Assembly: GCF_009914755.1 (NCBI RefSeq)
Contig: NC_060926.1
DNA length: 64,000 nucleotides
Origin: the human T2T-CHM13v2.0 reference genome, Homo sapiens
Strand: one strand, 5' to 3'
The notes under the pieces were generated by a model. The model was not told the DNA's origin, did not search any database, and saw only the letters and a program-made list of their open reading frames with translations. A program made the position numbers and the translations under genes. Each line of letters begins with the position of its first letter. The first letter of the stretch is position 1. Positions 1 through 17,284 of the stretch are shown here, piece after piece.

Positions 1-504
1 GTCAGAACTGGGAGAGACAGCTAGGTACCATACTCGTGCTCTGAGATGCTTACATGGCAATAGCACAATTGCATCTTGCCTGTGATTGTGATCCACTCAT
101 GAGCATGTCTTCCATTTGCTGTGTTCTCTCCCTGTTCCCATTAATAATCTAGACCTACTGTGACTCTCTTTGTCATCAACTTCTACTAATCCTTCAGATT
201 TCTATTTAGGAACTTTGTAAGATGGGGCTAACAAGATTCCCAGAGCTCACACAGGGTTAGCTATCGCTATCATTCCTGTTCCCACCAGCCAGAGCAAAGA
301 GGCCTCAAACACACACAGCATTGGGTATAGTATTCCAAAAGCATAAAAGAACATTTAAAGGTTCTAACTGATCTAACTGAATCATGTAACATAACTGTAC
401 AACAAAATTAAGTAAGTCACTATTTAGAATGACTGAAGAAAAAAAAAAACCCTGCACCCGTCAAACTGTAAAATTCACAATGTCTGGCATTCAAATAACA
501 CAGG

Positions 505-1545
505 GGAAAAGTGGGAAAAGGATTTGAACAGATGCTTCTTTACAGAAGGCATATAGATGACCAACAGGTAAATGAAAACTTGTTAAACATCACTAATTCT
601 CAGAGAAATGCAAATCAAAACTACAATGAGATATCATCTCACATTTGTTAGGACGGGACGGTAGTTACCAAAAAAATACAAGATAAGTGTTGGTAAGGAT
701 GTGGAAAATTTGGAATTATTATACACTGTTGGTGGGAATGTGAAATGGTGCAGTAGATATGAAAAATAGTATGGAGTTTCCTCACAAAATTAAAAATAGA
801 ACTACCAGATAATGTAGCAATCTCTCTTACGGTATTTATCTCAAATAATTGAAATCAGGATCTTGAAAAGAAAATGCACCCCCAGGTTCACTGTAGCATT
901 ATTCACAATAACCAAGATATGGAAACAATTTGTGTCATTCCACAGATGAAGAATGAAGAAAATGTGGTATATATATATACATACAACAGACTATAATTCA
1001 GCCTCAAAAAAAAAAAAAAAGAAAGAAAGAAAAGAAAATCCTGCCACTGGTGACAACATGCATGAAGCTGGAGAACATTATGTTAAGTGAAATAAGCCAG
1101 TTTCTGAACAAATACTTCATGAAACCACTTTTATGAGGTATCTTTAATAGTCAAACTCACAGAAACAGAATACAATAGCAGTTTCCAGGGGCTTGGAGGT
1201 GAAGGAAGTGAGGAGTTGTTCAATCAATATAACGATTCAGTTACACAAGATGAGTAAGTTTTTGGGATCCACTGTACAACACAGTGCCTGTAGTTAATAA
1301 TATGGTATTGTGCATTGAAAAAAAAAAGTAAAGATACTGTGTTAAGTGTTCTTGACATGAAAATAAAACAAAATAAAAAAGGAGGGGCATGAGGAAACTT
1401 TGGGAAGTATTGGATATGTCTGTTACCTTGATTGTAGTGATGGTATTATGGGTGTTTGTGTATGTCCAAACTCATCAAATTCTCATTAAATATATACATT
1501 TCTTTGTATATGTCAATAATACTTCAATAAAGCTGTTTTAAAAAA
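505..1545 (+). mobile_element. Old LINE-1 3' end (L1MA/L1MB-type): ORF2 C-terminus plus 3'UTR
   Basis: L1 ORF2-end motifs (gaaatgcaaatcaaaactacaatgagata; aaaatagaactacca; tgttaagtgaaataagccag) and an L1M-type tail ending ttcaataaagctgttttaaaaaa. Boundaries approximate. Confidence 0.85.
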
Positions 1546-2789
1546 GAACAATAAGAAGAAGACAGTGTTTGAGAAGAATTTTAGAAATTAGATATTAACT
1601 AGAGTAAGACTGTGGAAAGAAATATTCAATTATTTTATTCAAAGCAGCTGTGTTACATCCTTGCTTTCTAAGAAAAGGTGGTTTAATTATCTCAATACTT
1701 CCTAAGATAGGCGTTTGAAAGAAATTTCTCTAAGGAGCAAATATAGTGAAGGTAATTTACATCTGAGCAAACAGTTGCTTTATCCTTTAAATGGTAATTT
1801 GGGAATGCAACAGCAAGTCTGACGTACTTTTTTGTATCCTAATTTACAGTTTTTAAAATTAGAATAAACATAAAGCCAGTCTATTTTTGCAATTGCTATC
1901 TGATATCTGTTTTTCTTTCTTTGGTGACAAATAGAAATTTATGATAAAGATGACCTCTAAAATCTCTGAGATCTCTAAACTGAACATCTTCACTTTGTAT
2001 AAAAGGATGCCAGTAGAATTTTGTGAATTATTATCATAAGGTTATACGTAAATGCATATTATACATTATATTTAAAAACTCACAGACCAAATATTTTAAA
2101 TATATTACAAATACTCTATTACAGTGTTTTTAGAAACCAATGTTTTTAATTTTATAATTTTAGTTCTCTTTTGAGAACCTTGGTACTTTTCTATGATCAG
2201 TGTTAGGAAATTGCAACTGCCTTTTACTGAGACAAACTCAATTACTGAGTTCATATAACTTAGAGGGGGAAGATAATGGCTTTAAATATTTTATCCTCAG
2301 AATGGCTTAAAAACATACTTCAGGAAGAAATCCACTTATTAGGAAATTCATTACTTGAATTTTGTCTTGGGAATAGTTTCAATATTGATCAAATGGTTCA
2401 AATAATAAAGCAGCTGGAAGAAGTAGGTTTTTCCAAATCTCTTTGGGTAAACATGCTACGAGCCTTTAGGAGAAAGTACTTTTGAGACCCTGGTGATTCA
2501 AGTATTTCATTTTCTTCACCAACATACTTAGCAATGCATTCTTTATTTGACAGCAGTTGAATTCCTCATCTTACTTTGCATTATTTTCTATGACTATTTT
2601 TGGGTCCCACCCCTCTACCCCCAGAGCTTAGAGGAAAAGCTTAAGTGCTTTAGTAGAGCTTTTGGGGAGGAGAGGATAAATATAGATTTTAAAATAATAT
2701 TCCTACTAAGATTTGTGCCTAATGTATTTTATACTATTTATCTTCTTTTGCTCATACAAAAAAAAGAAAAAATCTTTTCCATGATTTCT

Positions 2790-2880
2790 TAATATATGTA
2801 TTATATATTATACATAACTAATATATATTACATATTTATATATATATATATATCTGTCTATATGTATACATATATAGACA
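2790..2880. repeat. Degenerate (TA)n microsatellite
   Basis: Runs of tatatata directly visible. Confidence 0.9.
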
Positions 2881-3105
2881 GACATGCTATTTATTTTCAG
2901 TCTTAATGGAAAGTTTTACTTAGGGATCCGTTCCACACAAATCTATATACATTAGATTAAAAGTAAAGTTGAAATTTAAAAAGCATCATGAATAACTGTA
3001 TTAGTCATCAATGATTTTTAAAAATAAACCAATCATCCCTTAATTCATCTTCAAACAATGACAACACCCGACAATGCCGCCCCACCAGCTCAGCCCCAGC
3101 CAGCC

Positions 3106-5552
<2,447 letters not shown>

Positions 5553-5589
5553 AATATTTGTACTCTATCCTTTGCTCCATCTGGAAACT

Positions 5590-5595
5590 AATAAA
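5590..5595 (+). terminator. Polyadenylation signal of the crystallin pseudogene
   Basis: AATAAA ~40 nt after the ancestral TGA (5550-5552). Confidence 0.75.
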
Positions 5596-5714
5596 ATATT
5601 TCCTGTGCGTTCTATGCAGTAATGTATCCTCTGTTCCTTTCAGCCTCCTTGGAAGGGCTCAGCAAAAATCATGCTGGGAATCATGTGGATTTTCTTGCAT
5701 GTATCAGTGGAAAG

Positions 5715-5960
5715 GGGGTGTGAGGCAGCTGTTAAGAGCACAGCCTCTGGGGCCAGAATGCTGGGCCCAACTCTACTTACTAGTTATAGTTGTGGAGCAA
5801 GTTACTTAGCATCTCTGTCCCTCAGTTTCCTAATATGTAAAAATGGGGGAAATAATACTCTTCCTCTCACAAGGTTGTGATGAGATTAAACCTTATTAAT
5901 GAGGTTAAATGGATTACATGAGTTAACACTTTTAAATCACTTCCTATAGCTTTGCATATG
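5715..5960 (+). mobile_element. MIR SINE
   Basis: MIR core gcaagttacttagcatctctgtccctcagtttcctaatatgtaaaatgggg...gttgtgatgagattaaa. Confidence 0.85.
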
Positions 5961-6914
5961 CTCATTTCTAGGAAACTGTTCTGTAAGCTTGATTGTGAAA
6001 CATCTGGTACCCTCCTTGGTACTCTTTTCTTAGTAGAAATCCCTTTAGGCAATTGCATTAAGTAGGTTGGCTAAGTGAAATTGCATCAGAGGGAGATAGG
6101 GATAGAGATAAATTTGTTAAGATACCATGTCTGACACATCTGAGGTCTAAAAATATGTGACTGACTGAATAGATTTATTAATATTTATGTGTCTGGAGCA
6201 CAAATAAAGAAACAAAGTGCCATCTTAATAAACAGCCTTAAGGAACTCTTCAAAATACAGTTCTCCTTAAGGGAGTTACAGAACACTCAGGCAGTGTGCA
6301 GTGGTAAAAACAAGCACACAATACAGTAGTAAAGGCAGAAGGTACATGACCAGGAAAATAAAATTCAATAATGAAAAGCTCATCATTGGCTGTGAAGATA
6401 TTGTCCTCAAACTTAAATAAATCTTTATGACATCTAGTTTATGAATCAGCATTTGATAATCATAACAATAAGAAAGAAAAAGGAAATTTATGGGGACTAA
6501 TTTTATAATGGAGTTCAATATCTTTGCACAAAGGTAGAGTTCATCAAATGAAATCTATTTCAGTATTCTGTCATACCAAAAGGTTTTCTTTAAGTCCACA
6601 TACTAAATTTTACATGCTTATATGTAATCAAGAAAAATCAAATTTCTTCTCAGCTTAAGAGTTTGCTATAACTGTGCAAATGGCAACCTCTTCTTGAAAT
6701 AAGTTTATGATGAATTAAATGGCCATGATTAAGATGGAACCACTAGAAACCATTTTCTGCTTGAGTAAAAATATCAATCAGCTACCAAATACGTTACTTC
6801 CAAAACTCCGAACATTAAATGGATAAAGTAGCTACGTTATTTAGGTCTAACATTTTACTTACCTCACACATATGCATGCTCCAAGATATTTGCAGACGCT
6901 CTAAGAGCATTTAG

Positions 6915-7514
<600 letters not shown>

Positions 7515-10489
7515 CCAAGATACCTAGACGAAAAAGAAATACCTGCAATTTATATTCAGATACAGCTCAGCCTTCAGCATTTTAGTTCAAGGTGTTTTAT
7601 CCTGAAAATTAAGTTAAATAAAATCCTGAAATCTACCCTCCTATGCGATGTTCAATTAAATTATAATTTTCACCTGTCACTGATTGAGGCTATGGGGAAG
7701 GAGTGAGGTCAAGCCATGTCTCATTATGCGGTTGTTCCATTAGCTACAACAAATTAAAATTTCAACAATACACACGGGTTCTTCAGGCACCAGTCACTTC
7801 TTAGCGAATTCTACCCACTTTCCCTCTCCTTATCCAATGATGACCCTTCAATTATGAAATGTTCATTCTGGAGACAAATGATTTGCTTCCCATACTAAAT
7901 TATAAACTTCTACAAAAAAGGATAATGTCTCAGACACACTGGTATCTTCTCAAGGATGTAGCGGAGTCTGCCTGGCACAAAGCAAGCCCAATGGTGTTGA
8001 ATGAATGCACTCATAAAAGGAGGAATCATTCGTGAAACAATGGTTTTGGAGGATTTAGGATAAGATAGTTTCATATAAAACATTAGATCCTGGAAAAAGA
8101 GTGCCTTGACCTAACTGAGGCAGGAAGGGGAAACCCAAATGCTTTCAGTGGCCAAGAAGGTAATGGGAATGTGAGGAGTGGCTGGTATATACTGGTAGGA
8201 AATGGTGTGTGTGTGTTGGGGGTGGGGGGTTCTGTAACTAACTTGAGAGCACATGTTCCAACTAAAAGCATTGTGACTTAACAATTTTAAAACACATGGA
8301 AAATGTGATTTAGCTGAACCTAAGGGCTTCTCTTTTGCTATCTCTGAGCAGATAAAATCTCCCCTAAAAATGAACACCTCAGGCAAACAACGACAAAAAC
8401 AAATAAAACAAAAAACAAGCAGGCTTATGAGGTTTTCATAAAGGACAATCGTTGGGAATCGGTCCTTTACATCCATCACAGCCTGGTGGCTCTGGAATAT
8501 CCCTTACTATGGATGATTTCTCACATGTCCAGCTCATTATTCATAGAGATGTTATATAAGCACATTCTTCAAGGTGAAAGCAAAACATCTTTTACTAAGA
8601 GCTATAGGCAGGCAGGCAGGAAGTGGCTACTTATCAAAGAGTACCTGGGCCACTATCCTGCCTCAATTACTTACCTGGCCTTGTTCTGCCTGCAATTTAC
8701 ATCCACACCTGAGAGGAGAAGACACTTCAGATATCTTTTCTGTAAGCACCTTCTGTTTTATCTCCATCCCATTCTCCTCCTAATCCTTCCTATTTATTCA
8801 CTTTACCTTTTCAACTATTGAAAAGAATCAGAAAAGATAGAATCCAGTTTGATAGACCCTGAAACTTAAAGGAGGCATATACGGTCTGATAGGATAATTT
8901 AACAAGAGAAATCCCAGATGCTTCCTGACCTATCAGTGGCCCTGATCCATCCATAGGTCTTTATTAGGTCCAAAGAATGGATTTAAATATGAGGTGATGA
9001 GACAAAATCCTGCATGTCAGTTGCAGAGGAATTAAAACGGAGAGATTTGTCATTCAAGATGCAAGCCCTGATATTTCACAGCAACATTTGAAAATATCAA
9101 ATGGTTGGGTGAGAGTAGCTTTTTACTAAATTTGAAAACAAAACCTGGAGAACTGGGAAAATTTATGAACTGTGTATTAACAGGTCCAGCAGAAAATCTG
9201 AATATTGTATATTGCTCTTAGTGAACAAAATGCTCATAGACCAAAGGCAAAGAAAAAGGCACCTCCAAAAGGGAACATTCTTTTTCTTGTTTCAATCAGG
9301 TGCTGGTTTTCAAAACTCAGTCAAAGTAGTTTCTTTAACAGGATGAGCCCTGTGGAAAGCTTCCAGGATGCTTGTTCTGAACATGCAATTATTTTTACCC
9401 TGACACATTGTAGCCATAGAGGTATTTGTTGTCAGGCTTACTGTCTGAGGGAATTCTCCACAGTCAAGAAACCTAGAATTCTTGAATTTTGATAAGAGAC
9501 TCTGAAGTGATAAATTGTTTACAGCACTTGAGAGGTAAAAAAGTTACTGGGTTATAGCTACAGATTAGTTTTATGAAAAACCCTTTGCCCTGGTCAGTAG
9601 AAGAGCTGAATCTCTTATTAATGAAATGGAATGAGACCACTGACATACTTGATTTATAAGAAATATACATGAATAGCTCAACCCTACAAATAATGTGCAT
9701 TTCACACAAAAGGATCATGTGTGATACATATATATTATGTTCACTCACAAGTTTATGTCAGATACTAGCCAAACAAATTAGAGAAAAAAGTGAAGAATGC
9801 AGAAAGCAGAATTTGTCTGCAGGACTACAGTTTATTTACTACTTTGTAGTTTATATGTCTATTCTGTGAAAATGAAAGCAGTGGAGCATTTTCTAAACTG
9901 CTTCCTTAGAAACTCAGACTGCACACTGCCCTTGGAACACCCAGTAGAAGAGAGAAGGATGTCACATGTTCCTCAGTCTATATAAAAAGACATGCCTTCC
10001 CCATATCCTTGTCTTTAATTGGGCTTATGTACTTTGTATTTTTGCAAAATGATATTCTCAATTAGTAATAACTTAGGTTCAATATATATATATATATATA
10101 TATACCTACCTGATAGTCCAAGTTGTTGCATGGTATGGTAAAGCGAGAATGGTCTTTGTAGTCAGAAACAGCTGTCTTTGGCTTCTTGCTTCTTGGTGCA
10201 CAGACATGCAAGTATGGGCATACTACCAAACCTCTCAATGTCTTGCTTTCTCTGTGGGTATAATTGGGAGGGTTAGGTATTGTATGCATTTGCCTTGTAC
10301 AGAGCCAGGTAAAGACTGGGTGTTAAATAACTGTGAGTGTCTTTTATTTTTCTCACTAAAATTGTTTGCTCTACTTACCTGGTGATTCATGGTAGAACAC
10401 TTTACTATGCATGGAGGAAACCAAGACCAAGGAAATTGCAGAGAAGCTGGAATCCTATTTCACTATGCTTGGAAACTGTAATCTCTCTA

Positions 10490-10625
10490 ATCTTCCTATT
10501 ATCTTTAGATGTTGTTATCTTAACATCTATCTACAGATTATCTGTAATAGATGTTAAGATAACAACATCTAAAGATAACTGTAGATAGATGTTAAGATAA
10601 TAACATCTAAAGATAATAGGAAGAT
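10490..10625. repeat. Fold-back inverted repeat with duplicated right arm
   Basis: 10490-10536 is the reverse complement of 10579-10625 (47 bp, 1 mismatch); 10542-10578 is a second, shorter copy of the right arm. Confidence 0.9.
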
Positions 10626-13074
10626 AAATAACAAGATAATAACAAGGAAGATAAAAAGATATATAAGATATTTAGTGTTAACCAAGTATCTTTAGATGTT
10701 AAGCTAATATGAGGTTGAGTTTCTATTACATGTAGCCAAAAGTGTTGAAACTGACATAGATAAAGTCTGATTCTATGTCCAGCTTCTGACAGTGATCTCA
10801 TAAGCTTATTAATCCATTACATTTTTTCAAACCTCAGATACCAGGTGGTTCAGGTTTGGTCACATGATTGGGTCTGACTCATCATCGTTGAAGAGCTTCA
10901 AATCAATATATTGAAATTTTTAGGGAACTGAACTTTCTTTTGAGTTCCCTCTTGATATAAATGAAGATGCACATAGCTCTGGAGTCTACACTAAACCAAT
11001 GATTCCCCTTTTTCTCATGCCATTCTGGGTTGAACTTTCTGTTCCTTGTAACTAAAAGCTTATTACATGAGATTTGTCTCTAAAAAAATACTAGTTTGAT
11101 TATATTTCTGGTTGAATTTTTAATTTCTTGTGTCTGTAATCAACATTCTAATGACTATAATTACAGGCAAAATGATTTTCAGGATTTGAAAAGGCCAGAA
11201 ACCCACCCATTAAAAAAATAATAAATCTCCAACCGGGAAATTAAACCAATGTGAAGAAATTCCTTCTTAAAGTTTACAATCCATGGAGAATCTATCTTAG
11301 AGTCCCTTTCTTACAAAATTAATGCACAGAGAGTAGCAGATTGGTCAGCTGCCTACCGAGTTTTCCCAGAGGCCAGGAGACAAGCTGCAGAAGTAAGAGA
11401 TTATCTTAATCACAGCTGCTATCATGTGTTTTCACTTGTCTCAGAGAGGGCCAGAAATATACAGTTCATATTAAACATTAGAAAAATAACCAAAGTTACT
11501 GCCTGCAAAACATTTATTTGTACAGTATCATGACTCATATTTTAAACAAATAATTAAACACTAAAATTTGTGTGGGTTTTTTTCAAAGTAATTGTGCTAG
11601 GGGGTTATTTGCATTTTTACTGTGATGTTTTTATTGTTAAAAAAAGTTTTTTTATTATTCTCTTTTTAAAAATCCCTAAAGCATTTGACATATTCTTTTC
11701 ATAATTTATCCATGATGGTAAATTTCCTATGGAATGTAAAACTGGCTTTTTCATCAAAACTAATGATTAGGGGGATGAATTAGGTGAGTTGTCAAATTGA
11801 GCCTCAGTTTTTGATTAAAAAGATAATAAAGGTAAGCTATGAAAAAACTATGTATGCAAGCCAATTTTGAATATTTTTTTCTTTTGAGTGGGACTATGAA
11901 GAATACCTGCTACCATCTTCAAAAAAATGGGAAAAAATGTTCAACAAAGCAACAAAAATTTCCCTAGAAGAATGCTAATGTAGTATGAGAAATGCATTCT
12001 CTTGGTTATGAAAGCTTTTTCTTCTATAATGTTATGTGAAAATGCAAATATTTCTGAGTGAGAGGGTTGAGGAGTAACTTGATAAATGAATACTTGATTA
12101 AAAGTAACCTGGTGAAGAACATGGGAACTGGAAGAGATAATATGACACAGGTGACTGTTAAAAGGGAGAGGCTGTATCTAACCCATTCCTCCACCCCCAA
12201 AAAATATGAATCTAACCTAAAGTCTTGTCTAGGCCTTTCCTACAGTGTAGGAGAAGAATGGATACTACATGATACCACCACACAACAAAAGGCTCTGGCA
12301 GGTAATGGGGAGAGATGCAGCTCTATAGAGGTCACTGTAAATGATGGAAATTACTATAACTTTCATTAACTCAAAAATTCATTCTACTCTTTACCTTCTT
12401 TCATCTAGAAAGACTTTATGACTTCCTTTTTGTTGGTGAAGACAATGGTACCTTTACAATTTGATATACCACATGTAGCCTTAGTCTTTATTCCCAGAGA
12501 CACTGATCATTTTCTTTAGCATGAAAATATTAAAAAGTAAATTTTTTGGTAGATAAAAATTTGTAAGTACCATGTTCACATTTTTCCTGTATTTATTTCC
12601 CCAAAGATCTGTTATTTTTGTCTCTGAAAGAAACCTGGGATGACACAGAGATTAAAATATATGGAAAAAGAGGCATTTACATAGACAATAAACCAAATCC
12701 CATTTGAAACTAACAAAATGCCCTGTAGTTAAATATATTTAAAGCTCTTTGGGGCAGTAAATTAATCATCTCCAAGTTCTCTGGCATCTGCTGAAAATGA
12801 GGAAAACCTGCATAGCTTTTATTTTCTGACAATGTAAAGTGGGTTCATCCATCTCTGGAACTAAACTTTGCTTTATCTGAATCCCCAGCTTAAATCTACC
12901 ATGAAGACCTTTTTTACAAATCAAGGAACTTGTGCTCTAGAATGGATAGCCAGGAGAAGGCTTTCTGGGAACAAGTGGATACTTTGTATAATCAAGTAAA
13001 ATCAGCCCTGTGCCAGGAGTTACAGGACTTGGAAGCTTGGGAAAAAACTGAGCAACTGTCACAACTCAAAAATA

Positions 13075-14330
13075 AAATGGCAAATAACTGAATTTAAATC
13101 TGAATGGATATTTCTCCAAATAAGATATACAAATGGCCAATAAAGACATTACAAAATGCTCAACATTATTCACCATTAGGGAAATGCAAACCCCAAATGT
13201 CCTTCACACCCACCAGAATGCCTATAGTAAAAAAAAAAAAAAAAAAAAAGATATAACAAGTGTTGGAGAGAATGTGCTGAGGGTATAAAATGGTACAGCC
13301 ACTTTGAGAAACAGTCTGGCAGTTCTTCACATATTTAAACAAATTTACACATTATCTAGAAATTCCACTGCTGGGTATTTGCCCAAGAAAAATTAACACA
13401 CATATTCACACAAAAGCTTGAAAACCAATGTTCACAGTGGCATTATTCATAATAGCTGAAGATGGAAACAACCCAGATGTGTGACAACTGATAGATGAAT
13501 AGACAATAAGTATTAACAGAATGGAATATTATTCAATGATAAAAAGAAGTAGGTACATGCTAAAACATTTATGAACTTTGAAAACATTATGCTATGTAAA
13601 AGAAGCCAATCACAAGGAACTATATATTATATTACTCTGTCAGAGGCATTTGAACCAGAGCAACTTCATCTTGAATAGGGGCTGGGTAAAATGAGGCTGA
13701 GACCTACTAGGCTGCATTTCCAAACAGTTAAGGCATTCTAAGTCACAGGATGAGACAGGAGGTACAAGATACAGGTCATAAAGACCTTGCTGATAAAACA
13801 GGTTGCAGTAAAGTTGGCCAAATCCCACCAAAACCAAGATGACCACAAGAGTGACTTCTGGTTGTCCTCACTGCTTCACTCCCACCAGCACCATGACAGT
13901 TTACGAATGCCCTGGCAACATCAGGAAGTTACCCTATATGGTCTAAAAAGGGGAGGCATGAATAATTCACCCCTTGTTTAACATATAATTTAACATATGT
14001 TTAACATATAATTAAGAAATAACCATAAAACCATAAAAATGAGCATCCAGTAGCTCTCGGGGCTGCTCTATGGAGTAGCCATTCTTTTATTCCTTTACTT
14101 TCTTAATAAGCTTGCTTTCACTTTACTGTATGGACTTCCCTGATTTTTTTCTTGCATGAGAACTCTCTCTTGGGGTCTGGATGGGCACCCCTTTCAATTC
14201 TACTAATATGAAATGCCCAAAAAGGCAAATCTACAGAGACACAACATATATTGTAGTTGCCTAGGGCTAGGTTGTATGGAGAGATGGTGTAATATATGTC
14301 TTATATCTTGACAAAACTATTAAACAAAAA
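13075..14330 (+). mobile_element. Old L1M 3' region interrupted by a MER41 LTR
   Basis: gatatacaaatggccaataa, gggaaatgcaaa, aaaagaagccaatcacaa; resumes after the LTR with aatatgaaatgcccaaaaaggcaaatctacagagac. Confidence 0.75.
13638..14196 (+). mobile_element. MER41A-like solo LTR (ERV1)
   Basis: Starts TGTCAGAGGCATTTGAACCAGAGCAAC; ends near ctcttggggtctggatgggcacccctttca; reads aaaaaggggagg|catgaataa, lacking the GAS-motif segment of MER41B. Confidence 0.85.
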
Positions 14331-14895
14331 CACAGAGGAAGGCTTTGGGATCTATGGCTCACAGTTCTATAAATAAAATAATTTTAAAATTTTCCAAATC
14401 ATTTTTTTCTTTTCTTACTAGTAATTTTCCTTAATTTCATGCTTGACAATAGGTCCTTATATTTGATTCTTTAGCAGTGAGGTTGTTTAAAAAATGATTT
14501 TTCTGAACAAATGGATGTGCAGAATTTCTACCAAGTCCTACGAAGTTCTACCAAGTCAGTAACAGACATGCAAACAGAAGCCTGGTTTTCTAATTTTTAA
14601 CCTAGAACTTGATCTCTTAGCAATCTAAAGCAGTGGAATTGGTGTTAAAAAGCAAGGAAATGTAGTAGTAGGGATGCACTATTAAGATTTTTTAAAAGTA
14701 TTAAATTTTAGCCCAAATTGTTGGAAAATGCAGTACAAACATGTCAGAGTTCATTCAATTCAAAGTTAAATGGAATCTCTTCTCACCTCAAACTGTGATT
14801 TTAAAAAGGCTTCTTTCTTGTTCTTCATTGCAAAAGTAATTTCTTAGGGAGAAGAAACAATCTGTTGGTTGAATCCATTTTTTTCCCTAACCTTG

Positions 14896-15539
14896 CGTGG
14901 CAGGCCAGGTTTCACACAGGCCTCCATAACAACTGTCTCAGTACTGACTGAGTAGTTAAATATTAAAAGCTGAAAGAGCCAGTGTCCTTATGCAAAGGCT
15001 GGAATGTAACAAAAGCCCACCAAGCATTTTGCCTAGGCCTTTCCTGGGCCTTAAAGCATGACAAAATAATGAATAAACTCTTAACAAGACCCATCTGGGA
15101 TTAAACAAGTTTTATTAGGGATCTGAAGAAACTCCCCAGGCCTCCACAAACAAGTTTATTGGGGGTTTGAAGGAACTCCCCAGACCTCCATGATTTAGCA
15201 GCAGACAAGAGAAAGGTAATCACTCCGGCACCTGAACCCATTTAGATTAAGTAAATTTACCTGAGGCTCCAGAGGAAGGTTTTCAGGACTCAGATCTTAG
15301 CTATAGATTAAAAGAAGTTAATAACTTATGTCTTTAGATGAATGCACGTTTACACATAGTCATATAGCTTGAAAAGTATATAAGCTCTGGGAGAATTTGT
15401 AATTTTGAGTTGGGCTGGTGGTATTTTTCAGGCCTTCTCCCTGCAACCGGTTACAGAAATAAAAACTCTCTTCTTCATCTACATCTCGTTATTGGGCCGT
15501 GAGAAACAGCAGCCCGAACCTCAGTTTGGTTCCGGAACA
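14896..15539 (+). mobile_element. ERV1 solo LTR, MER39-like
   Basis: (c/t)GTGGCAGGCCAGG...GGAACA termini, perfect 4-bp TSD CTTG (14892-14895; 15540-15543), TATA-like gtatataag near 15377 and AATAAA near 15458. Family name from recall. Confidence 0.75.
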
Positions 15540-17284
15540 CTTGCACTTATCTATTTTAAAATTACTTTTGGTACTTGACTCTTTGGGATAAAGAAATACT
15601 GGTGAGAAATGAGGACAGAAAGAACAGAGTGCTCTGAAGCAGAGTTGGGGAGCCAAAGATCGAAAGGTCTTTCTAGTGATACATTTAAACTCTCATTTCA
15701 ATCAGCTCTGTCCTTTTTAATAGATCAAATCAAATGAATTCTACAGAGGAAAAGGAATGTTCTCTGCTAGAGAACAGACAAAGAAGGCAAATACTTTCCC
15801 AAAAGATTTCTCTGTTTGGTGTTTCTTTGTTTGACTTATTTTTTGTTTTCTTGTTCCTGTTCACATTTCTCTTGTCTTATCTCCCTATAAAGGCTCTGAG
15901 ATATGTTTTAGATTTTGATCTCTGGCAATGAGAAGAGCTTCCTCTGCATAGTAAGGATTCAAGAATGTTATTACTGAAGATGTTGGTCTTTTCTAGTGTG
16001 CAGTGAGGTTTTATTCTCCTGCTTCTTATACTGTTGGCACTGGAAATTCTCAACTTTCCCAGACTTACATCTTTGTCTTCCTCATTGCTCTTCACAAAAT
16101 GAATTATATTTCTACCAGTGAGGACCCACCTCTTTTTGGACCATGGCTTGACTTTTATTAAAGTCAACTAAAGAGAAATGCAGATACTGCTTTGTAGCTG
16201 TTGACCCCACATGTTGTGACTGATGATGGAAGACAGAAGACTGCCCATAGGAAGGCCAGCCACTTGAACATGAGAAAAGAACACTGAACTTCTTATTATA
16301 TTTGCTTACACATTTCAATTGGCTATGTCTTTGCTGTGCACTTACTTCACAATTTAGCTAATTGACAATGTCCAGGTTAAACACTGGTGGCCTCTCGTGA
16401 CTAGAATTAAAAGGAAGCTATATACATTGCCTTTTCAACCTCAAATCTCTACCATGTAGTAAGGGGTTAAAATTTGGAACATAAAATGTTTAGTTGCAAG
16501 AAGGAAAATAAGAGGGGGAACCAATAACTAAGCTAGAGAAGAAAATAAAGTGTGTTAATCATAACGTAACAAAGCTTCTCACCTCAGCAGTCTTTGGACA
16601 GAATAGATATTTTGTGGCAGGAAATGTGGAATTAAATTTTCTCCACTCTTAACTTTTTGAAAAAAAAACTTAATTCTTGTCTTTCTTGTTTTTATAGTGT
16701 CTGTACTTTTTTAGTCTTAACAGTTTCACTGCAATTTTGGAAAGAGAGTATAAATGAATTTACAAACAGATTTTGCAAGAGGTAGCATACAGTGACAATG
16801 GCTCCTTAAAAAAAAAAACTGCTATATCCATACCCTTGTCAACATTTTAACCTATTTCCCTTATTATTGCATCTAAAATATCCTTCACCCTATAAGCTGC
16901 CAAATCTTGTTGCACTTTACTTCAAAACCTGGTTTTCAACTCATATCCTTCACAAAGCTTTTCCAAACTAATCCTTCTTAGTTTTAAAAAAATTCTACTC
17001 TTGACTTCCAAATTCACATTCCTTTCATGTCTATGTGATTCAATTATTGCTTTTTCAAGAAACAGAGTATTTTTTTAGTTTAAATTTTGTAGAAGTTTTA
17101 CTTACAAAAACTCTTCTTGAAAACATTATGTAAAATGTTTAATTTCTTCAACTTCTTTAACATAATATCTGATCATCATCTCCATTTTTGTAGAAAGTTT
17201 ACTGTTTTCTTACCATTAATCAATTGATATAACACCTCCTATTTTTTTTTTCAGAAAAAACAAAGTCCCTATGTCATTATTTTT

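Noticed and set aside
7520-13070. Possible hidden exons or conserved non-coding elements in repeat-poor DNA
   Set aside because: Only short low-complexity ORFs and faint MIR/L2/MLT traces; cannot be supported without conservation or expression data.
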